Source of the DNA: Bugula neritina
Lineage: Eukaryota; Animalia; Bryozoa
Assembly (NCBI GenBank): GCA_964035545.1
Contig: OZ037766.1
Span: forward strand, 23,986,126-24,050,125
Length of the DNA: 64,000 nucleotides
Direction of reading: 5' to 3'
The notes below the pieces were generated by a model. It worked only from the letters and a program-made list of their open reading frames with translations, had not been told where the DNA came from and searched no databases. This document shows, in pieces, positions 1-14,800 of this stretch. Made by a program: the position numbers and the translations under genes. Each line of letters begins with the position of its first letter. Within the stretch, counting starts at the first letter, position 1.

Positions 1-88
1 ACTATAAACCCATGTGGGTATAAAGATATTTTTTTGTTTAACAAAATCTTTCTTCTTGTTAACGACACATAATGCTGTGCTGACTTAC

Positions 89-3000
89 CAAAAACATCAA
101 TAAAATAAATTGACTTGTCATTCCCATGTGTTTTAGCAAACATGTATGAGCCTTTGGGAAAGTACCAGGTGTATTCACTGTTTGGCAACTGCACTGCTGT
201 CATGTTTTGACCAGGATTTAGAATAATGCTGATGTTTTCCCCAACAGATAAACAAGTACCCACTGCAATGAAAATATGTAAAGTTACATCAAACTTCAAA
301 GTGTTAGAGTTTGTAAGGAAATGATTTCAATACCATGTAGCAGCATAATATTGGCAGATTTCTGTATTAAACAACTAGTCCATGTTGAATCATGAATACA
401 ATATGAAGAATGTATACGGGCTTTTTATAGCAAAAATAGATTAAAGATTTGCATTAATTGACTTTTGCAAACTAAAATATCACGAATACAACACCTACAA
501 CTGTTACCTTGGTCAATATGATCACCAGATATTGCTCTAACATAAAGCTCAGTTGGTTTACATTGAGTATTGGAGTCATTGGAGAAACCAGAACTGCAAC
601 CTTCGCTATTGAGAGAGTCCAGACTGTGGTAGCCAGATTTACATGTGTCACAGTTTAAGCCTTCAACATTTATCTGTATTTACAAATACAGCAGCATAAT
701 TAGAATCGACCAGCATATAATGTTATCACAAATTTCCGAATAAAGTGTTTTAAAAACCAGAATGTACGCATAATGCTTTCAATCTGATTTCCTAAATTGA
801 ACAATCTAACAATTGGTTGCATGGTAAACTTGTTAACAATTTGCCAAAGTACAACTTGCTAAATGCAACAATTTTACCTGATAACTATTTGATAAGATCA
901 GTGTGTGACTATTATTGCTATATATCAGCCATGTGTCTTACCTTGCATTTGCATTGACCAGTCACGCTGTCACATTTCACGGTATTATTGAAGCTGCCAG
1001 CCTCTACACACTGACATAGCTTGCACCCATTGACCCCAAAGTCATAGTAGTTAGCACTGCACCTATCACATTTCAAACCTTCTACTCCGGGCATACACGT
1101 GCACTGCCCATTCATGTCGCACTGTGGACTCAGAGCTCCTGAGATATAATATAATTTGTATAAATGAAGTATTATTAAGTATTATATTATGAGCTTTCAA
1201 ATGAAATCAATTCTATAATCAGCTTCATGTTGAGGGTGACTGAGTGCAATAGTTTGGGGTTCTCGGGTTGGAAATTGGGCGCTCTAATTTCAAATTCAAA
1301 CTTGAGAATCCCAAACTTCTGCACTCGGTCACCCCCAACTGGAGCTGTCTATAAAGCTATTCTTCCAAATGTGTGTCTCAAACAATTTATTTGATTGCTG
1401 TAGAAAAAAGCAAAGGCTCAAAATTTCAAATAATTACATAATACAAGTTATCCGTATATAATGTTGCCGTAATTATTACAAAAGCTACCCATTCATAGCC
1501 ACATTTTTAAATTATCAACTCACACAATTTCTAAACTTTTAAAGTGTAAGAAATGCATTTAAATATCTGAAATACTTACGGAGCAAAATCAGTTATTTCT
1601 GTAACAACTCTATATGTCAATGTATGAAAAATTTGTTTTAAGCTTGATAAACATGCCTAAGCCTGCAGTAATGCATATAACTATTGCCTGTTAAACATAC
1701 ATCCTAGTGCACATACCTATTTCGCTACATTCACACTCTATACACAGATTTGCAGGAGTTTTTCTGAAATAATTTGCTTTGCATTTTTCACAGTGAGGAC
1801 CATCTGTGAAATCTGAGCAGTTCTGGCAGTATCCACCAGAGCCGGTCTGGTCATAGAGGGTTTGGTTGAAGACACAGCTATTAGATTTATTATTACACTG
1901 GCATTCTACAAAAGTCATTTTGTGAGTGAGTTATATTACAGCAAAATTTGCTGCGATATAACTCACTCACGGGACTTTTCTTAAATTTAAATTTAAGAAA
2001 ATTTTAAATATCAACTGAATAATATAATTTGAAATTTTATAAATAACTATTTATGCCTAAGTCTTAGCTGTGATTTACCTTCATTTCTATTTTTAGCCAC
2101 CGAAGATGATCTACTCTTAAAAGCTTTTTTGCTCAACTTATGGCTACTATATATGACAACAATGGTATATATTGTATGCTATTTGAAAGATTAAAAGCTG
2201 TATTATTTGTGGAATATGAAATAAATTGTGCAGAATTATACAGCCATACGTTTTTGAGAAGTAAATACAGCTCACTAACTTATGTTTTTTTAGTAAAACT
2301 TTGACAAAAAGTGTTGAAAATGTTGCAAAATTAGAAAATTATTTAGTTTCATTTGTTAACAAATTATTAGTTTTAGGCCACATTACATTAGCAATTATAA
2401 ATCTCTATAATAAATCAAAAATGCCAAAATGCAGTGTGTAATAAGTAAAGTAAAATGACCCTAATACTATGCAAAAACATTTTGGATAAAATATTCATAC
2501 CTTGACAGGTGTTTGTGCTGAAGAAGGTAGCTCGAGTCCAAGGTGCATCATTGTGAGTCTCTAGACATTGGTTACAGTCAGGGCCAGTAGTTCCATGCTG
2601 ACACTGGCATTCTAACCTAGATTTACCATTTAGAGGGTTGGTCTGTAGCACACATTTGTTAGCGTGACCGTTACATTTGCACCTACAAAATGATTATTCA
2701 GGTACATAAAATAAACTTTAATTCTATAATGTAGATTGTTGTTCCTTGCATTTGTAAAATAGAATAAAAGCCTAGTTATAATATTTTATGCATGCGTTAT
2801 AACACCTTTACATGCAATAAGATTAAGTTTTATAACCTTGGGTTTTACTAACTACATTTGCTAAATGGAACAAAAAAGCTGCATTGTAGTCTTTTTATTT
2901 TCTGCTCAGATCTATGATATACAAAACAGCACAAGAAACATGGCTGCTACATAATATAACTTGTTTTTATTAATCAAAATAATTTGACTATAGTTAGCTA

Positions 3001-6000
3001 AAACTTTTGATTGCAGATTACATAACATTATACGGTCAATTATTATATAGTGCAACTTCAAGTATGCTCTATCTGATGGTGATCGGAATCTCACTAATTG
3101 CAACACAAAGCAATCTTCAGTTTGATAATAGAGAATGGCTTAAATTCTTTTCTAAAGTAGAGTTTTTTTCAGGCGTTTTTATTGCAAGCTATAGCCTTTT
3201 AATAGTTAGCCGAAACTGTAACGAGTTACACATAATATTATGTAATGTATTTACCATCGGCTTTATCTTGCAGTTGAGAAATTTCAATAGCTTCATTGCC
3301 CTTTATGATGTAGCCGACAAAAATATTGCATTCATTAAAAATATATTTTTCCTTAAAATTGGGGGCCTAAGCTAGGTGTTTTCTTACTTATAAGTTTACA
3401 AATTGTATTTATACAATAATGTTTTGAATGAACTTTACCTTTTACTAAATAAGGTCATATGTAGGCTATAGGCTATGGGCTCTCAAGCAAATTGTTCAAG
3501 TAAATAGTATAAGTGCTAACCGACTTTATATAGCTTTTGCAAAAAAAGTTGTATGCTGTAAGTTTTATTACTCCAGCTACAGTTTCTCTCTCATTCTTAT
3601 AACTGTACATTTTTTAAGATTTACCTTCCACCTACAGAGATATCAGATATAGCATAATAGTATGACTGAAGAGTTGCCTTCTCTCCAAAAACCTCATTTC
3701 CAAATGTGTTCAATCGTCTCAATCTGATCTGAATTGCAGTGGCAGTTACAAACTCCTGCAGATTGAAACAAGTTATTATTTTACTGAGCAACTATGTCAG
3801 TTGCAAGACCTATAGAAAAGACTTAGCATAAAGGGAAAGGTAGGTTTTTACCAGTCGAGATTAGTGCAAAAAATGAGTTTACTATTTATTTTGATCCTAA
3901 TTAATACACTATTATTCATTCATGCTATGTATATTAATCATGTCACCATGAAACATAAGACAAAATATGATTAAAATTTAAAAAATAAATCTTCAGTAAA
4001 ATAATGTCAAAAAGGCAGATCTGAAATTTTGTAAATCAATAAATACACAATAGCAAAAATTGAGTTATTGAAAGAGCTTGTGTTTTTAGCTAAAATAGAT
4101 GCAAATTATTTGTTTGAAAATGATAGTTGAGCAATTAAAGATGAATGTTAAAATCTTTGTCATATTAATAGAGAAGTGCACAACTTTTTGATCAATAGCA
4201 AGATATTTTATAATTTAAACATAAATCTTATTCATGAATTAAAACTAAAATTCAAGCTTGAAGTCAAAGTAACTGCCTGCATGATTTATTTGCTGTAATA
4301 ACTTATAATACAGAGATGTATACATGTTTTATCAATTATGAATGCATGCTTGCTATTTTTAGAAAAAGTTCGACTTGCGGAACACAGCTGCTATAAGTAG
4401 GACAATTTTACTGCCAGCCCATGAAAAACTAAATCAATTTGACAATTTTCCTAAACTAAGTTGACACAGTTTACATAACATAAAACACTCAAGAGTGTCT
4501 GGTGTTTTCACTACTGACCTGTAACAACTCACTCTTCTCAAACTGATATGCCTGAGGCCTGTCTGCTAGTGTGCTAAACACAACATTCCCACCGGTTAAT
4601 GGAGATAAAGAGGTGTATTCATTTGTACAGATTGCTCTAGTGGGGGAATCTATAGCACCCTGTAAACAAAACAGGCTATTAAGACTATATTGTTAAGAAA
4701 ATAGAAGTAGATATCTAATTTTGTCTAAAAGAAATATGCCAACAAATCTTTTAGCTTACACTCCCACATTCAACTCTATTATAATATGTTGTGCATATTA
4801 AGTTGAAAAGTTAGATATGTTTAGTTAAACTGATCAATTTCTAATTATATTTAATAAACTTTATAGTTGCTATAAATATTTAATAACACACCTTTTGAAC
4901 CTTAGACGTTTTTCCCCAAAGATATGGATCACCTTTCATGCCTGCTATGGCGTATTAGCAGCCAACAATTGTTGGGCAGACATCAGATTAAAAAATATGT
5001 TTCCACTTTGTTAATTTAATGTGATATATAGATTTTTTTGTCTCCATTTAAAAAGCTACAATTCTGGTTATTTGTCAATCTTCAAGGTATTTTAGAGGTA
5101 TTAGAGGTTGTGTCCTATTGATGTGTTTCTAAATACATAAACACAATAGTAGTTTTTATTCTACATTAAGCTTTAACCAGTTTCTTAGTTCGATTTTATT
5201 TAGCTCAGTTTTAATCATATAAGTTACAAGCAATGTGTTAAGCACTGAATGAAGCTGCTGTATTGTTTAGGTCTAAACTTGTAGTACCGTATTGTGTATA
5301 TTTTCAAGTTTGCTTTGATAGCATTAGAACACATATTATATAAAAGATCGTTTTAAATTTAGTTTAAATTGGTGAGACCATCGTAGCTTCACAGTTATGA
5401 GATTATATATTAGTGTCAGAAAATATGACTTACATTCTGAATGATGTTGTAGGTCGCTAAGCAACTTGAACTATAATACTGATAGGGCTCCCATTCTGAC
5501 CCACTAGTAGTTTTCTTCCAAATAGAGAAACTCTCAGGCCTAGGTGACTGAAATGCAAGTCTTATGTAGGTAACTTCATAAGCTTTACCTGCAAGCATAT
5601 TTATAACTTACCCTAAAATCATCAGAGTGACACTACCTTACAAATGCAAAGACCTTCCTAACAAATTATGAGATGCTTCTTTTATAACCCATGAAAACTC
5701 ACCCAAGTCTAAGGTAATTGTTGCCTGTACCATGTCACCCAACCCTCTTTCTCGGTACTCATACAGTGTCACACTCTGCCACCAGGTGCTGCTACCTTTT
5801 GAAACGATACCATATAATAATGCACAATACTATATAATAATGCATGTGCAACTGGCTTTCAATAAAATGATCAAAGTGATATGCTATAATACAAAAGAAA
5901 CAATATCTACTGATGGCATATTTCAACTATACTTATTGCATCAAATACACAACTTTTGTTTGAGAATTTTCTGTTATTAATATGCTATTTATATGGAAAA

Positions 6001-7698
6001 AATATTTTACTTGGATTTTTTTGCAAACTGAAGTTATCTTCTCTTCAAACCCAAACACCAGAGAAAACCATTTGAACATTATACCAACCACAGCGCAAGT
6101 TAAGTAAAAAGCTAATTAATTCAGATGCAGGCATGTGCGTACTTGCGTATGCATGTGTGTTTAGACATACACACCTTTTGGCTATAGTGCTATTTAAATA
6201 TATATATAAGAAAGCCACTTTCATGTTTCAGAGAAAGCTGCCAGTAATGGATAACTGCCAATCTTTAGTTATACAAACATTAGATGTGACTCAAAGGTTT
6301 TTGTCTAAACAAAATTTCATTCAACTCCCGTTTTCTGCATACCATAACCAAATCAGCAAACTGATTTATTAAGCAAAATCCAGTACTGATGTTGGTGTAG
6401 CTCTCTTCTAAATGTAACGTTTAATACTAATTAAGCTCAGAGTAACTTATATAATTATATTGCCTATCACTTATAGAAGAATTCATTCATTTAATTAAAG
6501 TAGCTATAATCAATGCGTACCATTTAAATCAACCATATTTGTTGCAGGATGTTGCTCAGCTAAGTTGGTAGAATTGGCGTCACAATAACTGCTTTTTACA
6601 GATGATGAAGTTAATGGGTAAAATATTTTGAAATCGCTCAATTTCTGAGAGTCAAACACTTGGTCATCTGATTGAAGCGTATCACCACACGTGTGACTTG
6701 CATCTATCTGAAAAGTAAATATAGCAAGTGATTTTCAAAAATTCAATAAAGCATTTAAAACAATTGGTATATTTCCATGGTGATGAAGCTTGAGTTAGAC
6801 AGAAAAAAAAGGGAGGAGGGGGTATCAGTATTGCTGACTTTTTTTGTTTAAATTTATTATTGTATAAAGTTAAACATTCCAAGTTTATCTAAACATTTCA
6901 CTAGTAGAGGCACAGTTGTGGTCTAATGGTTAGAGCATCCTTTCAATAAAAAGTGTCAAAATAAAATTGAATGTACTAATAATACTAAAGTAGACTATTT
7001 TTACTAAAGCTGAATGAGAAAAACTTTACTAGAGGGTGTGGGCTACAAATGCTTTTTGAAACTAAATTTGAATTTCTATTCATAACACGCTGATGGTTTA
7101 AATATTCAAAATTATGATTTGTTTTACAATGAAATGTGTTTTTGAATGTTGTCACTTTTATACATGTTTTTAAGTATAGATATCAGCAAATAAACTTTCT
7201 AGCTTTAAAGATTCAGTTTATAGCCTGATGTTGAAAAAAGAAAAGATTTTACTAAAAATCTGCGAGCTTCTAGCTATATCAATAGCAGTAATAAGTACAA
7301 TAACCGGGAAAAATATTGCCAGTAGCCATTAGAAATTATTATAATATGCTGCAACTATTTAATTTAATTAAAAATTAACTCGAAGGTTGAATGCTTTAAT
7401 ATTTAACACTATAACTTCCCATGCTTCTAATAAATCTTTTATTGATGCATAGGGGCGTAGTCAAAGTGTGGTCGCCACTGAGTTATAGCGAATTGAACAC
7501 TTTCATATAACTAAATTTAAGTAGATTTACTTAGTATGTGATTTTATTACTTACGGGCAATCCAAAGACAATATTGGAGAAGAAAGGTTCACATCTAATC
7601 GCTTGTCCAGCTGAGTTATAGCAGGGGGAATAACTTCTTTGCCCACTAATTAAATTGCAACACAGTGTTAACAGCACTGCTTTTACTAGCAAAGCCAT
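89..7698 (-). CDS. LAMC1-like: Laminin gamma-derived secreted protein: signal peptide, LN domain, 4 LE repeats, degenerate LE5, then a non-laminin module. 3' end lies outside the window.
   Basis: 11 frame-consistent GT-AG exons: 7698-7555, 6707-6521, 5795-5703, 5588-5434, 4659-4519, 3755-3625, 2682-2501, 1905-1717, 1138-942, 673-508, 262-89. Translation begins [19 protein letters not shown] and contains [50 protein letters not shown] and [23 protein letters not shown]2 ([20 protein letters not shown]) is gamma-type. Confidence 0.9.
1221..1346. repeat. Short imperfect inverted repeat (MITE-like) in an intron
   Basis: agcttcatgttgagggtgactgagtgca...agtttggg pairs with cccaaactt...tgcactcggtcacccccaactggagct. 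Confidence 0.55.
1922..1970. repeat. 49-bp near-perfect hairpin just upstream of a splice acceptor
   Basis: gtgagtgagttatattacagcaaa-a-tttgctgcgatataactcactcac. Confidence 0.7.
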
Positions 7699-9042
7699 GG
7701 CTAAACATTCACTCCAGTTCAGCTAGTATATATAGTGGTTGCTAAAGTGTGGCAGCTATCATATGCTGCCTACATTATATAAACGTTTGAGTGCTTGCTT
7801 GCCAGTTTAGACTGCAATCAACCCCAAAACTTCATCCAGTAAGAAACTCCTAACCATATTATAACAGAATTATTCAGTGTAGCAAGCCACGCCCAACTCA
7901 AAAGTCACGTCCTGTTCCATGGCCCCACCCATTTAGTTTGTTGTCAGTCCAAAAATTGACACCAAATATCAACCCAGTAAAACAATTAACCATGAGATGC
8001 ACCAATTGCTGAGCTGAGGAGCTCCTAGGTTTATTAATCACACAATAATTGATTCTTAATAGATAATATATATCCACTTATCTACGAACCTAGAAGGTCA
8101 ATTATGCTGATACACACATAACGTGTATAATAGATACTTACTATCTATAGTGAATAATCAGGTTCATCTAATGTAATTTTGCACTTATACATATCATGTT
8201 AATGTTTACTTTCCTTCATTTGTTATATTAAATTGCAAAGAAGTTCTCAGAATAAAATTTGATAGTGAAAAGCAACTAAACAAGTTTGTTGCGATAACTT
8301 TTTGCAAGGGTTGACTACCTTCTAAACATTTGAGAGTTGAAAAATTATGTAATTTAAAGTATACGAACTTCAAACAACACATCATTGAAACAATAATTTC
8401 ATCATCATATCTATGGAGGATGTCATTCTATTCCAATTACTGCTAAAATTTGCATTAAATTTAATTTTGAGGAAACTGTAATTGATTTCATACATGCATA
8501 GTCTAGCTACTTTCAGCTTTATTAGATGCGCTGTCTGCACTTTCAACATCCAGATGGATCATTGCTCATGGAATTTTTAGCTCATCCTGAAATTTCTTTA
8601 TTCTACAAACTAGCATTGCCAAATAATAGCTGAAGTAAGTTTTGAAACTTGAAAGCCAACAGAAAATAATTTTTAATTTTATGTTGTCTGTTCTGTATTC
8701 CTGGTGTGTGCAAAAATGTTGGTGCTTTTTTAGCACAAAGGAAATGTATAGTGAAAAGACTTTAAACATTTTATTAAATGATTCATTCAATAGGCTAAAC
8801 AGCGCACATGCACAGTTAATTACCTCTAATTTCTTTTATCTATAACACTGTTTTTGATAGGTGAATATTTTGCATATATAAGCATGTAATCTCCAACTAA
8901 AAATTAACATCATAAGTTTAAAGGGCAAATGCTAAAAAGCTGAATTGAGTATTACTCTTTCAAATTGTGTTAGCAAGCATTCTAAAAATTCACCCCTTAT
9001 AGTTGATATTTTTAGTGATATTCGGAAACCCTAAAAACCCAT

Positions 9043-9644
<602 letters not shown>

Positions 9645-9649
9645 TATAT

Positions 9650-9862
9650 ATGCTAGCATTTTGCATATGCTAGAATTTTGCAATGCTCGTGACTCCTAGG
9701 TAACCCCTAGAGTCACTTGAGCTCTCTGGCCTGAGTTTACACACCTTTTAAATATGCTTTAGTAGAAACATAAGTTTCTACTATTGCGAAGGTGTGGGCC
9801 ATGGTACTCTGTTCTGTGCTGATGAGGGGACAAACCCCGAAACAGCCGCTGTCCACAGATTG

Positions 9863-9866
<4 letters not shown>
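9650..9866 (+). mobile_element. Partial retrozyme-family monomer between (AC)n and (TA)n
   Basis: Near-identical to part of the 271-bp unit at 34131-34727. It ends just after the hammerhead and runs into (TA)n at about 9866-9956. Confidence 0.85.
9813..9859 (+). ncRNA. Type I hammerhead ribozyme
   Basis: tctgtg CTGATGA gggg-acaaa-cccc GAAA cag-ccg-ctG TC cacaga. Intact core, stems I-III pair, GUC cleavage triplet at 9851-9853. Confidence 0.9.
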
Positions 9867-9951
<85 letters not shown>

Positions 9952-10237
9952 TATATTACCGCAAAAAGAATACTGTAAGCAATAGTGCAAGGTAACATCC
10001 CTTTCATTATAATTATTAGTCAGCTTTGCTATATTTGTGTATTACTCATTGAGCTGTCTGTAAATCGAATCAAATAAAAACAAATTCTGACCAGCTCGCA
10101 ACTTCCATCATGCAGTAATCTTTTTATTGCCCAAAAAAAATTTTTTTTTTACTGAAAAAACAATATTCATGATATCACCTGAGATATTTTCCTTACTGTT
10201 GTTATTACCCATTAAGTCTAGGCAAAGTCATGTTAAA

Positions 10238-10280
<43 letters not shown>

Positions 10281-11869
10281 TGTGTAACTTATTTGCATTT
10301 TAATTGGAATACTTAGTTTTATATTTAATTTATAAGTCATTTATTTTGATGTTTAATATGTCAATTCAAATTGAAAATCTATAATATTGCAGTTATGTTA
10401 TACAGCTTGTGATCTGAATGTAGTCTTTATATTTTAATTATTGCATGTTACTTAAAACTATTTTTTTATAAATATATTTGGTTATAAAGATTGATTGATT
10501 ACAACTATAATTGATTATGCGTATAAACACAAATTGATTACATATTAAGAGCATCATTAGTGCTGCAAAATATGACACTATTTACTAATGAGCTGTAATA
10601 TTATTTTATGATGGCAGAATTAAAGGCTAGAATTTCCTTTTGCTGCAAGTTCTTTGTATAAGGAAGAAATAATTATAATCTTAGAGTTGCATAAGATCAT
10701 CATATAACTCTGTCTGAATTAGAGATTGTGTTTTAGTAAAGCAGCAATCTAAAAGATCCAAACAAACAATATTATGTCCTTTCATGGCTATATAACTGCA
10801 GGATTTCTAAATAAGTGATGCATTTATACAAAAATAACCATCAGTAGTTGATATTTTCATAACAGAAAACACTTACTTGAATCTATAATGAAAAAATTGT
10901 TACACTGGCTTATTTTTCAAATGCGCGTAGGCATGATGTAAATTCTGGAATGTCAAAGATGTGCCAATTTCCCACATTCAAAGCAATCCAAATGTAAGGT
11001 TTAAATTACCTATAATCTATCTCTTATACTCTTATACGTTCTAAGATCAAAATACCTGGTGATTATATAAAAAACACATTCATGTGATGAATTTAGTTCC
11101 CTTAACATTCAAGTAATAAATAGCGTGTGTTTTTAAATTTACATAATTATACTATTCAACAAATATGCTGTGAAGTTTTAGATTAGAACACAATTCAAAT
11201 GTGTGAAGTTTATTTCTCACCTGAGTCTCATTATCCTAAAATTTAAATACTTGCAAATATGCACTCGCGAACACAAAAACAAACGCGTCATGTTACTGCA
11301 TAAATTTTATATCCAACTTTAAGGCTGCTGTTATATTCGTGTTGACAATCTGGCTGAACAGGTTCCTACCAGAAGCTCATTCCAGAGCACAGTTTTATAT
11401 TACAAGTAAGTGGAAAACACCATTAGTGTTTTGCTGAAGCTATTTTGTGAAGCAATACATAGTTCTTTCGTTTCTAAAATAACGCAATATATTGTTACAG
11501 TTGCCTATAAATTGACAACTTTTATATTACCAGTTTATTTATTGTGTACTGTAATTGCATTCATTCTTGAAGAGGTTGCTGTGATATTTTATAACTCCCA
11601 AGTACTATATAAAATATTATTTTTAACTTTACCTGTTTTTGTGGTGTCTAACGCAACCTAAAAGTAACAATTTTTGGTGTACAAAAAGACATCATTCTTT
11701 GATTAATTTGTCAACTTTTAATGCATTTTGTACTTTAAGCAGCTATAAAGTCACATCAATGGTGATATAAGAAAGGCTAAGATATATTTCAGTAATTTAT
11801 ACTCTTTATGAAAGTATTTAACAGCTTAGTACTATTGACTTGCAGAGGCCTTTTTGCTTTAATATATGG

Positions 11870-14800
11870 ATGATGAAGGTAGCACGGGATGTCAAAACCA
11901 CTCTTTTGCTTCTTACTGTGTTGGGTTAGTGAAATGTGATATTTTCTTTCCATAATTAACACTTTTTAGCCTTCAAGATCTACTTATCTAAATGAAAATA
12001 GGTGTTTTTGTGTTCTATAAGAAGTTATTTTTGCTGTATTATTTGACTGAAGCATGCATACCTATAGCTATCTTTTTTTCACCTATAATGTGGTGTGAAG
12101 TTTGTTTTTCTGCTACATACATTTCTATAGCTGTATATATGCAGAATGAGATATATGTATGTATATACATATGTTCATATATACATATATGAACATATGT
12201 ATATATATGTATATATGTATATACATTATATTATACTTTTAAATTAAAGATGACAATATAATATTCTAACTACAATGTTGATTATTGGCTGCAGTTGAAG
12301 GTATTCTTCAAAGACAATGCATAATGTTACTAAAATTTTGCTAATAACTGTTAAAATAAAATCATAGGCATTTAATCGTTTTGTAGGCCAACTTCTCATC
12401 GTAAAACATGCAGATGCTGTGCAAGCTTGTGAAGAAAGAGCTTGTTATCTGCCTACAGGGAACTTGTTGATTGGCAGAAGACACCTTCTAGCAGCCTCAT
12501 CAACATGTGGCCTCAACAACTCGCAACAATACTGTATCCCTGGCCGTTCTCACAACCCCAGATGCTACCCTTGTGATAGCAGACAACCGTGGTCAAAGAA
12601 CAACACTCACAGTCATAACATCACCAACATCATTGCTTCTTCTTCAAACAAAAGGCTTAAAAAATGGTGGCAAGCTGAAAATTTGAAAGAAGAAGTGTCT
12701 ATTCAGTTAGACTTTAACGCCGAGTTTCAATTCACACATTTGATTATTATATTCAAAACTTTCAGACCTAAGTCGATGTACATTGAGAGATCTGCTGATT
12801 TTGGTAAGACATGGCACAAATATAGGTACTTTGCAGAAAACTGTAGCCACAGTTTTCCTGGAATTTCTAGAGGTCCAGTTCAGAGTTTAGAAGACTACAT
12901 TATCTGTGAGGAAAAGTACTCCAACGCATTACCAAGAAAAGGTGGTGAGGTTAGTTGGGTAAATAGAGGCAGTTTTTGTGAGTTGTGCAATGCCTCAAGA
13001 ATATGCTACAATAGCAGTAGCAGCTTTTTATGATCTTAATAATATGGCATTCAATAAACTGTGGTGAAGTGCAAAGGGTCATATGTTTTAAGAAAATTAG
13101 TTTTCATACAAATTTAAATGCCATATAAGACTTTTCAACTTGTCAACTTTGCAATCTTAAAATTCAACCGTGCATATAAATTAATGTTAAGTCATTTTTA
13201 GATCTTGAAAAAACTCTGTGTTGCAATAACCTTTGTGATGAAAATATTGTCCCCAAACTGATTTTGCATAACAAAGATTTGATGTTCAACATTACTTATT
13301 TTAGTATGAAACAATGCTGTGGCTTGCGTTTTAGGTTGTTTTCAAAGCTTTGCCTTCTAATGTCGTCCTGAATCCATTTTCTGATGAAGTTGACAATCTT
13401 TTAAAACTAACTAATTTGAGGATCGTCTTTAAAGAGCTGCAAACGTTGGGTAAGTTTAGTTGACTTAACTTTGACATAGAGCCAATTTAATATAATAGTA
13501 ATTTATTAAAGAATTCCCATTTATCTGCTTAAACATTTTGCGCAAGGTCAATAAACTTATTCATGCATTAGAAAAAATACAAAAGCTATATTTGTCATTA
13601 ACTTTAAAGTTGTTCAGTGGCTTTGTGATTTTTCTATATTTTATAAATTTGATTTTTTTTGGTTTAATGAATTATGAAAATTATAATTTTATTAAATATA
13701 AAAAATTGTTAAAGTAGTATATCACAAATGAGCAAACGGTAATGAAAATTGAATAACATTAGGACTAATAATGCATATATAATCAGTACATCAGGGATGT
13801 GCAACAGTATCTTAGTAGAAATATTTTAATGCACAGCTTTTGAGGATGTTTTTGTTGCTAAAACTATATGTTATAGCTTTTTCAAATCTGTAAGCATGCT
13901 CAATTTATGTAAGTTTTAGCCTACCAATTAAAATCGCCAAAAGCATTACATAGTTGTTGCATTTTATGAATAATGTCGCATCTTTTAACATCTTAGTCAC
14001 ATACTCAACTCGAATATGCATTTTAGGGCAAAACATAACAGCTCTAACTCCTCAGTCAAGCAAACAATACTATTACGCTATCTATGACATGGTTGTGAGA
14101 GGAAGTTGCTCTTGTAATGGTCATGCCCCACAATGCAAGCCAGCTGATGGAGAAGATCCTAACACGAGATACATGGTCAGTTACTACTCTCATTATAATA
14201 AATGGATGCTAGTCACATTGTGTAATAGTAAACATACAATGAAATGGTGACACACTGGCATGTCATAACAAGGGCCATCATTTCATGTTGTGACATGGTG
14301 CTTGTTGACAAACATTTATGTCGCATCGTTATGCCCAGACAGGGTGTCACAATACCCTGTCACATCATAGCAGCAAGCTAAAATTCACCTACCAATTGTT
14401 CCTTAGGTATATAAACACCATTGCTTATAGCTATAATGATTAAAGCAACACGATTTAAAAAATATAAATAAATCCTGCTTACCTGCTTTCTACACTCCTA
14501 TGTATATAACTGTTATAAGTGATGGTTGTTAAGGTCTACAGTCAATGTGCGTGCACTCATAATACGAAAGGCAAGAACTGTGAAATGTGTGATGATTTTT
14601 ATAATGACCGACCATGGGCTCCAGCTAAAGGAACTGAAGCCAACCAGTGTAGAAGTATGTATATTACTTACAGTTTATTTGTTTTCAATTTAACAGATTT
14701 TGTGCTTTTTAAAGTTTATTAGGTAAAACTGGTTTTAATTGCCCACTACGCTGTATATAGAGGTAGAACAAACTTACTTAACACTAATTTTGTAAAATTT

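Noticed and set aside
89-7698. Calling the minus-strand gene netrin
   Set aside because: It has four LE repeats with gamma-chain signatures plus a remnant fifth, and no NTR/C345C-like sequence follows.
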